Position numbers and translations under genes: made by a program. 64,000 nt of DNA. It comes from Polyangiales bacterium (lineage in GTDB: Bacteria > Myxococcota_A > Polyangia > Polyangiales > Polyangiaceae). Every line of letters begins with the position of its first letter. Positions within the stretch are counted from its first letter, which is position 1. Below are positions 9,871 to 20,153 of this stretch, piece after piece. The notes beneath the pieces are model-generated. The model was not told where the DNA came from, did not search any database, and worked only from the letters and a program-made list of their open reading frames with translations. The DNA lies in the NCBI GenBank assembly GCA_038231275.1, contig JBBRLQ010000017.1:1-64000 (forward strand). The letters run 5' to 3'.

Positions 9871-11111
9871 AGCTCCGCCTCCAACGTCATCGCGCCGATG
9901 AGCCCCGTGCGGGACGTAAGGAACAGATCGTTCGAGAAGGCCGTGTACATGAAGTCCGCGTCGAGGCCGACGACCCACTTGCGCGGCTCCGCGTCGCTGC
10001 CGACGTTGACCTTGACGCCGCCGCCGCCCATGAGGGTCCAGAGCGGCCCGAGCTCGCGGTCGCCGGTGCGAAACTCGGGGAGGCTCCACCCCTGCCCGCT
10101 CGACGTGTACGCGCGCTGCCAAAAGGACACCGGCGATTGGACGTGAAAGCGCGTGTGCGGCCCGAGGCTCACGCGCGGCACGACGTCGAACACCCAGCGC
10201 GCGTCGGTCGTCGAGGCGTTGAGGCCCCAGGTGTCGGCATAAATGCGCTCGGATGCGCGCGCGGTCGAGCGATCGAAGCGGTGCGCGATGCGACCGGTCA
10301 GGGCGAGGCGACGTCGCGCCAGCGGGAGCTGCTCGAGCGGCCGCTCGGGGCTACGGTGCGCCGTCACGTACTCGATCGACGCGCCCTTGGGCACGTTCGC
10401 GGCAGCGGCGGCGGAGAACATCGGGACGTACCGATACGGCTTCGACTGATCGCCGTTCTCGATCATCACGTCGAGCGAGAGGCCCGCGACGGTCGTGCGG
10501 TTGATGACCTGCGTGATCCCGCCGTTGAACGTGCCGCGCGACACGTCGCGCGAGAACACCGAAAACGGCACGTTTCCCCGGCCGATCGTGTCGTGGCCGA
10601 AGCCGTACCCCCCGACGATGGACGTGTTCTTCTCGTCGAAGTCCTGGGACATCTGGACCGCGAAGCCGTACGCGAAGTAGTCGGGCTCGCGCGACGCCGA
10701 GCCGCTGACGCTCACGCCGAAGTCTCGCGGCTTGTACTCCCCGGAGATGGCCCCGGCGTGCCGCGTCTCCTGCCAGCGGCGCGAGGCGGTGGAGACGATG
10801 TCGACCGACGCCGCTGACACGACGTCGAGCAAGTACGACCCGGAGATCGACGCGCCGGTCGTCACGTTCTCGACCTTGCCGGAGATCGACGGCGTCACGA
10901 CCGTGATGTGATCGCTGTCGCGGTACGTCGCGAACTCCAGCGTTGCGCGCTTGGTGCTCGTGTCGGAGGGAACCACGGAGACCGCGGAGGCCGGAGTGGG
11001 CGCGTCGGCGGCGGAGGCGGGCGTAGCGAAAAGCAGCGCGCCGACTGCGGCGACGACGACGGCGATGAAGCGAACCTGAAACCCCCGGCTACGCCGTGGG
11101 GTTAGTTGCAT
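9867..11111 (-). CDS. DUF3570 family outer-membrane beta-barrel protein
   Basis: Signal peptide; DVVSAAS, SREPDY, KPYRYV, EQLP..R, YADTWG and DREL motifs; amphipathic strands. Confidence 0.82.
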   Translation of the reverse strand: MQLTPRRSRGFQVRFIAVVVAAVGALLFATPASAADAPTPASAVSVVPSDTSTKRATLEFATYRDSDHITVVTPSISGKVENVTTGASISGSYLLDVVSAASVDIVSTASRRWQETRHAGAISGEYKPRDFGVSVSGSASREPDYFAYGFAVQMSQDFDEKNTSIVGGYGFGHDTIGRGNVPFSVFSRDVSRGTFNGGITQVINRTTVAGLSLDVMIENGDQSKPYRYVPMFSAAAAANVPKGASIEYVTAHRSPERPLEQLPLARRRLALTGRIAHRFDRSTARASERIYADTWGLNASTTDARWVFDVVPRVSLGPHTRFHVQSPVSFWQRAYTSSGQGWSLPEFRTGDRELGPLWTLMGGGGVKVNVGSDAEPRKWVVGLDADFMYTAFSNDLFLTSRTGLIGAMTLEAEL

Positions 11112-11323
11112 CCGCAGCCGCTCTCGGAGAGCGAGCCGCCGCCGCTGGCGCCTTCGTGCACCGCGCGGACGTGACCGGCGGCCGGCCCGCCGAGATCCGC
11201 GATCGACATCGACGGATCGGCGAGACGAGCGCGGTCGTACGGCGCGACGTGCGTGCAGGCGGCCGACGCGAGGCCGAGCGCGACGAGGAGCAAACCCGAG
11301 AGAGCCTTGTGCGAAAGGAACAT
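11102..11323 (-). CDS. DUF4266 family small lipoprotein
   Basis: AAC-THVAPYDRARLADPSM and C-terminal GGG..SGCGCN. Confidence 0.85.
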   Translation of the reverse strand: MFLSHKALSGLLLVALGLASAACTHVAPYDRARLADPSMSIADLGGPAAGHVRAVHEGASGGGSLSESGCGCN

Positions 11324-11340
11324 GAGGTGACTCCGACCTG

Positions 11341-12003
<663 letters not shown>

Positions 12004-12195
12004 TTCTCCGTGCCTCCAGGTGGCGGCGTTCTTAACACGCCCGGGCTGGAATGCGCGCACGAAATTCGCCGTAAATCCTGCCGATTTCGACTGCGAGACA
12101 GAATTCTTGCGCGGTGGAAAAAGATAGCGACGCTGCACCTACACATCGCCCATCCATTGTGTCCCGAAGGAGCCACGGAGACGGCGTTGCGACGC

Positions 12196-14334
12196 TCAGC
12201 CGACGAGCATGCGCTGGCTCTTCGGCGGCGGGGTCCACGCGGTGGAGCGATTGCGGCCACCGCGCTTGGAGACATAGAGCGCCTCGTCGGCGGCCTTGAA
12301 GAGCGCGTCCCAGTCGCGGCCCGCCTCGGGGAACGTCGCGACGCCGAGGCTGCACGTCACCTGGATGGGGACGCCGGCCGCGTGGAAGGTGGTCTTGCCG
12401 AGCTCTTCCCGGATCCGCTCGGCAAGGAGCATCGCGCCGCGCTCGTCGGTCTCTTCGCAGAGCACCACGAACTCCTCGCCGCCGAAGCGCGCGACGACGT
12501 CGGTGGTCCGCTTCTGGCGCTTCAGGATTTCGCCGAGGCCCTTGATGACGACGTCGCCCACGTCGTGGCCGTAGGTGTCGTTCACCTTCTTGAAGAAGTC
12601 GATGTCGGTGATGAGCACGCTGAGCTTGCGCGAGAAGCGCGCCGCGGCGTTCACCTTCTGCGCGGCGGCCTCGAGCATCGCGCGTTTGTTGAGGAGGCCG
12701 GTGAGGCCGTCGGTGGTCGCCATCTGCTCGAGCTTCTGCACCATGCGCGCGTTGGCCAGGCTGACGGCGAGGTGGCTAGCGAGGACCTCGAGGGTCGGCC
12801 TGACTGCGCCGCCGAACGCGTGACGCCTGCGCGCGCCGAGGATGAGCGTGCCGAGCGCGCGGCCGTGCATGAGGAGCGGGATGACGAGGAGGCTCGGGAG
12901 CTTCGGCCACGGGAAGCGCTTGGTGAGGACGACCTGGTGCGCCGCGTCGAGCTCGCCCTTGTAGGGGAGCGGGAAGCGGTTCTGCACGACCATCGAGACG
13001 AGCCCGGTGTTGTGGCCGAAGCGCGCGCCCACGAGATCCTCGACGTCGCCCTGCTCGCTCTTGGCGGCGACGACCTCGTGCTGCTTCGTTGCCTCGTCGT
13101 AGATGGTGATCGCGGCGAGATCGAAGCTCGCGATCTCGCGCGCCGCGCCAACCCCCGCGAGGATGACGTCCTTCTCGCCGAGCGCTTGTCCGAGCGCTTG
13201 CGCGGCGCGATAGAGCTTTCCCTGCTCGACCTTCGCGCGTTCGAGCTGCACGAAGACGCGCTCGTTCTGGATCGCGCGGAGGCAGTAGCGCGCAGCCTGC
13301 GCGGCGAGCTCTTCCTCTTGCTCCGTGAACGGCTTCGCATCGGTGCGATCGATCGCGAGGATGCCGCGGAGCGTCTGGTCCTCGATCACCGGGATCGCGA
13401 TCATCGTGCGGACCGGGCATGGGCCGCCGTAGTACGGCACTTTGTACGAGGGGCGTAGGCCGTCGAGGCGGACGCGCTCTCGCTTCAGGACCACCGCGCC
13501 GAGGACGCCGTCGCCGACCGCGAAGGGGGCGTCGTAGATGTCGTCGCTCGCCGTCGAGAGCTCGCTGATGCGGAGGTGGGTGCCGGCGTCGTTGAGCCAG
13601 AGGAGGACGGCGGTGTGCAGATCCAGCGAGCGGCGGAGCAAATCGAGTGCATAGTGCACTGATTGGTGGATCTCCTCGACGCTCGATCGCTCGAGACGAT
13701 CGCGGGTTACCTGCTCGGGGGCAGCGACGTCGGCGCCGGCGCCGAGGAGGCGGTAACGACGGGCGTCGTCCTTGAGGCGCGCGAGCTCGGCCTCGACGCG
13801 GCCGCGCGCGGAGGCGCGGATGCGCGCGACCTCGGCGCGGAGGAACGCGAGGTTCAGGAGCGCGAAGGCGGCGACGAACGCGCCATGCGTGATGAGCGCG
13901 TCGAGCCCGCGCTCGCCGAGGGTGACGCGGCGGAGCAAGGCTTCGAGCAAGACGATCCACCCGACGACGAGGAGGCCGGCGACGGGGCGCGCGAACGCGG
14001 CGACGAGCGCGACGAGGACGTACACCGCCGGGGAGAACTCGCCGGAGAGGCCGCCCTCGAAGCGCAGGAGCGCCGCGTCGAGGCCGACCGAGAGGAGCGC
14101 GCCAAGCTCGAGGTCCGCGAGGATGGTGCCGTCGCCAGTTTGCCCGAGGCGCACGCGCAGGCGGCGCGTGAGGAGCACGCCCCAGAGGACGACCGCCACC
14201 GCCACGCCGATCCCGAAAGGCGCGGTCGCGCCGCCGGCGATGACCCACGCCGCGAGCGCCGCGGTCGCGAGCATGCCGGTCGTGCGGCGAGCGAGGCGTC
14301 GCAGGGCGAGGGAGAGGTGGACGAGGCGGTCCAT
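12196..14334 (-). CDS. Membrane-bound diguanylate cyclase (TMs + 2 GAF + GGDEF)
   Basis: DGLTGLLN, DIDFFKKVNDTYGH, RTTD I-site and RFGGEEF. Confidence 0.93.
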   Translation of the reverse strand: MDRLVHLSLALRRLARRTTGMLATAALAAWVIAGGATAPFGIGVAVAVVLWGVLLTRRLRVRLGQTGDGTILADLELGALLSVGLDAALLRFEGGLSGEFSPAVYVLVALVAAFARPVAGLLVVGWIVLLEALLRRVTLGERGLDALITHGAFVAAFALLNLAFLRAEVARIRASARGRVEAELARLKDDARRYRLLGAGADVAAPEQVTRDRLERSSVEEIHQSVHYALDLLRRSLDLHTAVLLWLNDAGTHLRISELSTASDDIYDAPFAVGDGVLGAVVLKRERVRLDGLRPSYKVPYYGGPCPVRTMIAIPVIEDQTLRGILAIDRTDAKPFTEQEEELAAQAARYCLRAIQNERVFVQLERAKVEQGKLYRAAQALGQALGEKDVILAGVGAAREIASFDLAAITIYDEATKQHEVVAAKSEQGDVEDLVGARFGHNTGLVSMVVQNRFPLPYKGELDAAHQVVLTKRFPWPKLPSLLVIPLLMHGRALGTLILGARRRHAFGGAVRPTLEVLASHLAVSLANARMVQKLEQMATTDGLTGLLNKRAMLEAAAQKVNAAARFSRKLSVLITDIDFFKKVNDTYGHDVGDVVIKGLGEILKRQKRTTDVVARFGGEEFVVLCEETDERGAMLLAERIREELGKTTFHAAGVPIQVTCSLGVATFPEAGRDWDALFKAADEALYVSKRGGRNRSTAWTPPPKSQRMLVG

Positions 14335-14402
14335 CGAACCAGCGACTAGCAGCTCGGTCCGTCGCCGGCCAAAAAAGCGCAGGGTTTCGCGTGGAAAGAG
14401 GT

Positions 14403-15356
14403 ATGACACGGTGTGTGAGCGGCGACGAGCGCGACGACGAGCACGGGCGCCGCGGGCTCGCGCGGATCGGGCTCCAGGGCGCGCCGATCACCGCCGCGAT
14501 CCTGATCGCCAACGTCCTCGTGTTCGTCGGGCAGCTCGCGTACCTGAAGGACGCGCACGTCCTGTCCGGGATGACGAGCGGCGACCCGGTAGAGGCCGCG
14601 CGCCTGACGCGGGCGATCCTTGCCTCCGGCGCGAACTACCCGCCGTTCGTCTTCGGTGAGCTCCGCGTCGAGACGCTCCTCACGTCGTGCTTCGTGCACT
14701 TCTCCCTGATGCACATCGCCTTCAACATGGCGGCGCTGCGGCAGATGGGCGGCGTCGTCGAACGGACCGTCGGCCAAGCGCGCCTCGCGTCGATGTACGT
14801 GGCGAGCGGCATCGTAGGTGCGGCGGCGAGCGCGGCGTGGGGCTGGTTCGGCGAGCAGGAGCGGCTGAGCGCGGGAGCCTCGGGTGCGATCTGCGGCGTG
14901 CTCGGCGCGGCCTTGGTGCTCGGCGTCCGGTTGCAAGGGTGGCGAGGCCCGATCGTGCGCGCGATGCTCACGTGGTTGGCGCTCACGATCGGCCTCGGCT
15001 TCTTCATCGGCTCGGACAACGCCGCCCACGTCGGCGGGACGGTCACGGGGGCCGCGTTCGCCATCGCGTGGCGACCGGGCGTCGTCTATTCGCGCGGCGT
15101 CGCGCGCGGGCTCGTCGCAGGCCCTCTTCTGTTGATCGTCGCGTCGGGCCTCCTCGTCCTGGTTCGCGATCTCACCGATCCCTTCGCCACCCTCGATCTC
15201 GAAGCGCGCCTCGCCCGTGCCCAGACCGCCCTCGACGGCGCCGACTGCGTGCGGGCGATCGAAGCGACCGAACGCGCCGCTCACCTCGCGCCGCGCTCGT
15301 CGCGCGTCCTCGACCTCAAACGCACGATCCTGATCGGCTGTCGCCCCTCGCGGTGA
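14403..15356 (+). CDS. Rhomboid intramembrane serine protease
   Basis: HFSLMHIAFN, SAGASG and DNAAHVGG; start may be GTG at 14415. Confidence 0.9.
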   Translation: MTRCVSGDERDDEHGRRGLARIGLQGAPITAAILIANVLVFVGQLAYLKDAHVLSGMTSGDPVEAARLTRAILASGANYPPFVFGELRVETLLTSCFVHFSLMHIAFNMAALRQMGGVVERTVGQARLASMYVASGIVGAAASAAWGWFGEQERLSAGASGAICGVLGAALVLGVRLQGWRGPIVRAMLTWLALTIGLGFFIGSDNAAHVGGTVTGAAFAIAWRPGVVYSRGVARGLVAGPLLLIVASGLLVLVRDLTDPFATLDLEARLARAQTALDGADCVRAIEATERAAHLAPRSSRVLDLKRTILIGCRPSR

Positions 15357-15405
15357 CGACGGGCTCGCGTCAGGAGCGTTTCGCTACGCTGCGCTTCGCT
15401 CCTCT

Positions 15406-16677
15406 TCAGTTCGCGGTCGCGATCGCGACGACGTTCGTCCCGCTCGTGCCGCTCACGTCGGCCGCCGGCTGCCACGCGCCCGCGCGAAGTCGAACGGTCT
15501 TCGCCGCGCCGCTCGCCATCGGGAGAGCTATGATCGCGTCGTCACCGCACGCGCCGGGCGCGATCGCGGGGAGGCCGCCGAGCGCGCCAGGATCGAGGTT
15601 CGTCGCGGGGACCGACCACGTCGAGCCGTCGAAGAGGCTCGCGTACGCCTTGCCGTTCGAGCCCTGGTAGACGAGGACGGCTTTGCCGCCGGCGAGCGCC
15701 GAGGCCGCGACGGGGATCCCGGTGCCCGTGAAGAGCGTGGTGTCGATCGCGCCGTGGTCGGTCCACGTCGCACCTGCGCGCGTGGCCCAGCTGATCCTGA
15801 AGTCGCCGAGGTGCACGTAGAGGACCATCGCGTCGTTCGCGCCGCCGTTCATGGCGAGGATCGGCGGGAGCAGCGCCTCGGTCTGCGCGCCGGTTACAGG
15901 GATCCCCGTGCCGGCGGCGAGGCCCTCGGCGTACAGGTTCGTGTTGTTGCCGCCCGCGTGCGAGAGGACGAGCGCGCCGCCGATGGTGGCGAGGCCGACG
16001 CCGGTGGGGCCGAAGCTCTGCGCCGCCGCGCCGCCGACCGGATCGGTCGCCGAGTCCCACGCGCCGGTCTTGAATGTGCCGTGGTAGTACTTGCTGTCGG
16101 TATTGCCGCGGTAGACGAGATCGATCTCGGTGCCGCCGATCGTCGCGAGCGCGGGCGCGCTGCTGGTGGCCGCGCCGCCGATGCTCATGAGCGCGGACCA
16201 CGCGGCGCCGCCCCACGCGGTCCATTGGATCGCGTTGCCCGTGGCGACGACGACGCCGTGGAACCCGCTCCCGAACGGGACGAGCGCGGCGCTCCCCCTG
16301 AACGTCCCCGCGACCGACGCCGTCGTCCACGCGCCCCCGCCGACGGCGACGGACTGGTAGAGCATGCTCGAGCTGGCGGAGAGGACCGCGGTCGTCTCGG
16401 TGCAGCCGCCCGAGTCCTGGCCGGCGTCTTGTCCGGAATCCTGGCCGCCGTCGACGGGGGGAGGCGGCGGGGCGTCGGAAGTGGCGTCATCAGGAGGCGT
16501 CGCCCCGTCGCCCGGCGGGGATGTGGCGCCGTCCCCCGTCGTCGTGACGTCCGCGCCGCCGCCGTCGTTCGGGCCGAACACCGGACCGTGCGACTGGTCG
16601 TCGCTCCCCGAGGCAGTACACGCGCCGATCGAGAAAAATAGGCTGATCGTGGCGAACCTCAGGGATGAGTGACGCAT
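15406..16677 (-). CDS. Secreted lipoprotein with beta-propeller-like repeats
   Basis: IGAC lipobox, Asp/Gly/Pro linker, repeated Trp-containing beta units. Confidence 0.65.
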   Translation of the reverse strand: MRHSSLRFATISLFFSIGACTASGSDDQSHGPVFGPNDGGGADVTTTGDGATSPPGDGATPPDDATSDAPPPPPVDGGQDSGQDAGQDSGGCTETTAVLSASSSMLYQSVAVGGGAWTTASVAGTFRGSAALVPFGSGFHGVVVATGNAIQWTAWGGAAWSALMSIGGAATSSAPALATIGGTEIDLVYRGNTDSKYYHGTFKTGAWDSATDPVGGAAAQSFGPTGVGLATIGGALVLSHAGGNNTNLYAEGLAAGTGIPVTGAQTEALLPPILAMNGGANDAMVLYVHLGDFRISWATRAGATWTDHGAIDTTLFTGTGIPVAASALAGGKAVLVYQGSNGKAYASLFDGSTWSVPATNLDPGALGGLPAIAPGACGDDAIIALPMASGAAKTVRLRAGAWQPAADVSGTSGTNVVAIATAN

Positions 16678-16718
16678 GGCGAGGGGCAATGTAGCAGGGG
16701 CGCACGCGACCGCCAGGG

Positions 16719-17342
16719 TCACCGGAGGAGGCGGCGGTAGTGTTCGGTCGCCGCGTAGACCGCCGCGAGCGCGACGCGGACCGCGCGGGATGAGCGGGCG
16801 CGATCGCCGACGGCGCGCCGGTCCACACGGAGGCCGAGGACCGTCTCCTTGGGGACCCGCGGGTGGTGGCCCCCCTCTTGTCCCGCGGCGAGCGCAGCCT
16901 GGGGTCCGGCGCCGAGGAGCAGCGGGAGGAAATAGGCCAGATCGTCTCCCGGCCGGGGCGAAAGGACGTAGAACTCGGTGGAGCACGCGAGCGTCGCGCC
17001 TCGCGCCGCGCGGATCGCGGACGGATGCACGAGGGCGATCTGACGGAGGTACGGGCGCAAGCGCGACACCAGGACGTCGCCATCGCGCACGCGCTTCTTC
17101 GGACTGGTCGCCGCCGACGACGCGCGCGCGGCGTGCACGTCGAGGACGCCGTCCTTCGCGTGCGTCGTGTCGAGGACGACCGCGCGCGCGAGCTCGTCTC
17201 CGACGACGCGCTCGTTTCGCTCGACGCAGAGGCCGCCCAGCGTGAGGCCGGCGGCGTCCCCGATGCGCGCGGCGAGGTGCCGCTCCGGGGCGAAGGTCAG
17301 GTCAGGCCCCAAATCCGAGAGCGCACGGACGATCGCTTTCAT
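16719..17342 (-). CDS. Single-TRD restriction-modification specificity subunit (half HsdS-like)
   Basis: GDVLVSRLRPYL, CSTEFYVL and GGHHPRV resemble HsdS TRD motifs; ATGA overlap with the methylase. Confidence 0.72.
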   Translation of the reverse strand: MKAIVRALSDLGPDLTFAPERHLAARIGDAAGLTLGGLCVERNERVVGDELARAVVLDTTHAKDGVLDVHAARASSAATSPKKRVRDGDVLVSRLRPYLRQIALVHPSAIRAARGATLACSTEFYVLSPRPGDDLAYFLPLLLGAGPQAALAAGQEGGHHPRVPKETVLGLRVDRRAVGDRARSSRAVRVALAAVYAATEHYRRLLR

Positions 17343-18484
17343 CCGGCGAAACCCTCCTTCGCGAGGAACGCTCGGAGGCGCGACGCGACGGCAGCGAGAT
17401 CGTGATCGAGGGACCGCGCATCGGTGCCGCGAAAAATGGGCTCGCCCGCCGCGTCCTTCCCGGCGCGCTCGCTCGCGACGAAGAGGACCCGCTCGCCCGC
17501 GCTCGGCACCGCACCGGCCGCGCGCTTCTTCGCGAAGAGCAGCACCGTGCGCTGCGACGTGTGCGGGAGGAACGTCTCGCGCGGCAAGCTCACGACGGCA
17601 AAGACGCGCGCCCGCGCGACGAGCCAGCGACGGAGCGGTGCCCACGCCGGCGCGCCGACCTTTCCGTGCGGCAGGACGATCGCGAGGCGTCCGCCCGGTC
17701 TGAGCAGCGTGACGGTCTGCTCGAGAAAAAAGGCGTCCCGCTCCGCGCGGCGCACGAGATCCGCTACTTCGAACCCTGCGCGCTTCACGTCGCCGGCGAA
17801 CGGCGGGTTGGTGAGCACGACGTCGACGCGCTTCGGCCACGGCCCACGCCCGTTGGCCTCGGCGAGCGCATCGGCGCGGACGCGCGTGGTCTCCGACTCG
17901 CCAGACGCGACCGCGAGGAGCTTGGCGACCCGCACCGCGCGCGCGTCGACGTCACAGCCCCACGTCACCACCTTCGCCTTCGCGCGCGCGTGAGTGAGGA
18001 ACGCGCCGGAGCCGCACGCCGGATCGATCACGCGCTCGCCGTCCGCGAGGCCGAGCGCGTCCACGGCGAGATCGACGACGTGCCGGGGCGTGAAAAACTG
18101 CCCCTTTTCCCCCTTTCCGACGCGGGTAACGAGCTCTTCGAAGATCGCGTCGAGCGCTTCGCCAGGGCCGCCCGCGCCTGCCGCCCCGCGCGCGAGGGCC
18201 TCGCCGACGAGCGACCACGAGGCCACGAGCGAATCATCCGGCACCGTGGCCGTCCCCTCGAGCGCGAGCCATCTCCATGCGCGGCCGGTCTTGCCGACGA
18301 GCGTACGGATCGCGCGCGCGCCGAGCGCTTCTTCCTTTGCGCCGCTCTTCCGCGCGAAGAGGCGCGCGGCGGCGAGCGCGAGCACGAGCTCGAACGCGTC
18401 CGCTCCGCTCGACGCGAGGACGACCTCTTCGAGCCGTGCGACGGCGCTCCGCGCGCTCTTCCCGACGCCGTGCCGCTTCGCCAC
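17339..18484 (-). CDS. N6-adenine DNA methyltransferase (HsdM/N-6 DNA methylase family)
   Basis: GQFFTPRHVV, DPACGSG, TNPPF and SLPRETFLPHT. Confidence 0.9.
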   Translation of the reverse strand: MAKRHGVGKSARSAVARLEEVVLASSGADAFELVLALAAARLFARKSGAKEEALGARAIRTLVGKTGRAWRWLALEGTATVPDDSLVASWSLVGEALARGAAGAGGPGEALDAIFEELVTRVGKGEKGQFFTPRHVVDLAVDALGLADGERVIDPACGSGAFLTHARAKAKVVTWGCDVDARAVRVAKLLAVASGESETTRVRADALAEANGRGPWPKRVDVVLTNPPFAGDVKRAGFEVADLVRRAERDAFFLEQTVTLLRPGGRLAIVLPHGKVGAPAWAPLRRWLVARARVFAVVSLPRETFLPHTSQRTVLLFAKKRAAGAVPSAGERVLFVASERAGKDAAGEPIFRGTDARSLDHDLAAVASRLRAFLAKEGFAG

Positions 18485-18496
18485 CCCGCGCTCGGT

Positions 18497-20125
18497 CTAC
18501 TCGGCGCCCTGGAACGGATAGCCGACCGACGTGGGCGGGACGAACGTCTCTTTCACCGTCCGCGGCGACGCCCACCGGAGGAGGTTGAACGCCCCGCCGG
18601 ACTTGTCGTTCGTCCCCGACGCGCGCGCGCCGCCGAACGGCTGTTGTCCAACGACGGCGCCGGAGGGCTTGTCGTTCACGTAGAAATTGCCGGCCGCGTT
18701 CCTCAGCTTGGCGTTCATGTGTCGAAGCGCCGCGCGATCGCGCGCGAAGATCGCGCCGGTGAGCGCGTAGGGGCTCGTCGTGTCGACGAGGTCGAGCGTC
18801 TCGTCCACCTTCGCGTCGTCGTACACGTACAAGGAGAGGAGCGGGCCGAAGAGCTCGGTCTGCATCACGTCGTGACGCGGATCGGTCACCTCGACGAGCG
18901 TGGGGCCGCAGAACCAGCCGCTCTCGCGCGACCAGCCCTCGTCGAGGAGGACCTTGCACGTCGCGTCTTTCTTCAGCCGATCGCGCCACGTCGAGAGGCG
19001 CGTGAAGGCGCGCTCGTTGATGACGGCGCCCATGAAATTCCGAAAGTCCTTCACGTCGCCCATCTTGATCTGGCGCGTGTGCTCGACGAGGAGCTCCTTC
19101 AGCTTCGGCCATAGCGATCGCGGCACGTAGGCGCGGGACGCGGCGGAGCACTTCTGCCCTTGGTACTCGAACGCGCCGCGGACGAGCGCGACGGCGAGGC
19201 CCTCCACCTCGGCCGACGGATGCGCGAAGACAAAATCCTTTCCGCCCGTCTCCCCGACGAGGCGCGGATACGTGCGGTACTTGGCGATCCGCTCGCCGAT
19301 GCCGCGCCACAGCGACTGGAACACCGCCGTCGATCCCGTGAAGTGCACGCCCGCGAGGTGCGGGCTCTCGAGGCACGCCTCGGCCACCGGCGCGCCGTTT
19401 CCGTACACCACGTTGAGGACGCCCGGCGGCATCCCCGCCGCGTCGAACAGCCTTTGCAAGTGGAACGCCGCGAGGCTCGCGTCCTCCGACGGCTTCCACA
19501 CGATCACGTTGCCCATGAGCGCCGGCGCCGCCGTCAGGTTTCCGGCGATGGCGGTGAAGTTGAACGGCGAGACCGCGAAGACGAATCCCTCGAGCGGGCG
19601 CAGCTCCAGCGAGTTGAGCATCCCGGGCCCGCTCACCGGCTGCTCGTGGATCCGCGTCGCGTAGGCGACGTTGAAGCGCAAAAAATCCACGAGCTCGCAC
19701 GCTGCGTCGATCTCCGCCTGGTACGCCGTCTTGCTCTGACCGAGCATCGTCGCGGCGTTGATCGTCGCGCGCCACGGCCCCGCCAGCAGATCGGCCGCGC
19801 GCAAGAAGACGCGCGCGCGATCCTCGAGGCGCGTCGCCGCCCAGCCGGGGGCCGCCGCCATCGCCGCGTCGATCGCTTTTTGCCCGAGCGCCGCGCTCGA
19901 CGCGTGCGCCTTCGCGATCACGCGCGCGTGATCGTGCGGCGAGCGCACGTCGAACGTCGCTCCGTCGTGGACCTCCCGCCCCCCGATCACGTGCGGCACG
20001 TCCGGGCACTCCTTGCTCATCTGCGCGAGCGCCTCTTTCAGCCGCGCGCGCTCGGGCGCGCCGGGGGCATACGAGAGGACGGGCTCGTTCGCAGGGAGAG
20101 GCAGCGGGTGCGGGATATCGAGCAT
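18497..20125 (-). CDS. pruA: L-glutamate gamma-semialdehyde (P5C) dehydrogenase
   Basis: NEPVLSYAPG, SPFNFTAI, ETGGKDF, FEYQGQKCSA and PFGGARASGTNDK. Confidence 0.95.
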   Translation of the reverse strand: MLDIPHPLPLPANEPVLSYAPGAPERARLKEALAQMSKECPDVPHVIGGREVHDGATFDVRSPHDHARVIAKAHASSAALGQKAIDAAMAAAPGWAATRLEDRARVFLRAADLLAGPWRATINAATMLGQSKTAYQAEIDAACELVDFLRFNVAYATRIHEQPVSGPGMLNSLELRPLEGFVFAVSPFNFTAIAGNLTAAPALMGNVIVWKPSEDASLAAFHLQRLFDAAGMPPGVLNVVYGNGAPVAEACLESPHLAGVHFTGSTAVFQSLWRGIGERIAKYRTYPRLVGETGGKDFVFAHPSAEVEGLAVALVRGAFEYQGQKCSAASRAYVPRSLWPKLKELLVEHTRQIKMGDVKDFRNFMGAVINERAFTRLSTWRDRLKKDATCKVLLDEGWSRESGWFCGPTLVEVTDPRHDVMQTELFGPLLSLYVYDDAKVDETLDLVDTTSPYALTGAIFARDRAALRHMNAKLRNAAGNFYVNDKPSGAVVGQQPFGGARASGTNDKSGGAFNLLRWASPRTVKETFVPPTSVGYPFQGAE

Positions 20126-20153
20126 GGCGGGGAAGAATGCTACCACTTCCCCC

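Noticed and set aside
16719..18484. Defence island or mobile element around the methylase
   Set aside because: No integrase, transposase, tRNA, flanking repeats or obvious composition shift
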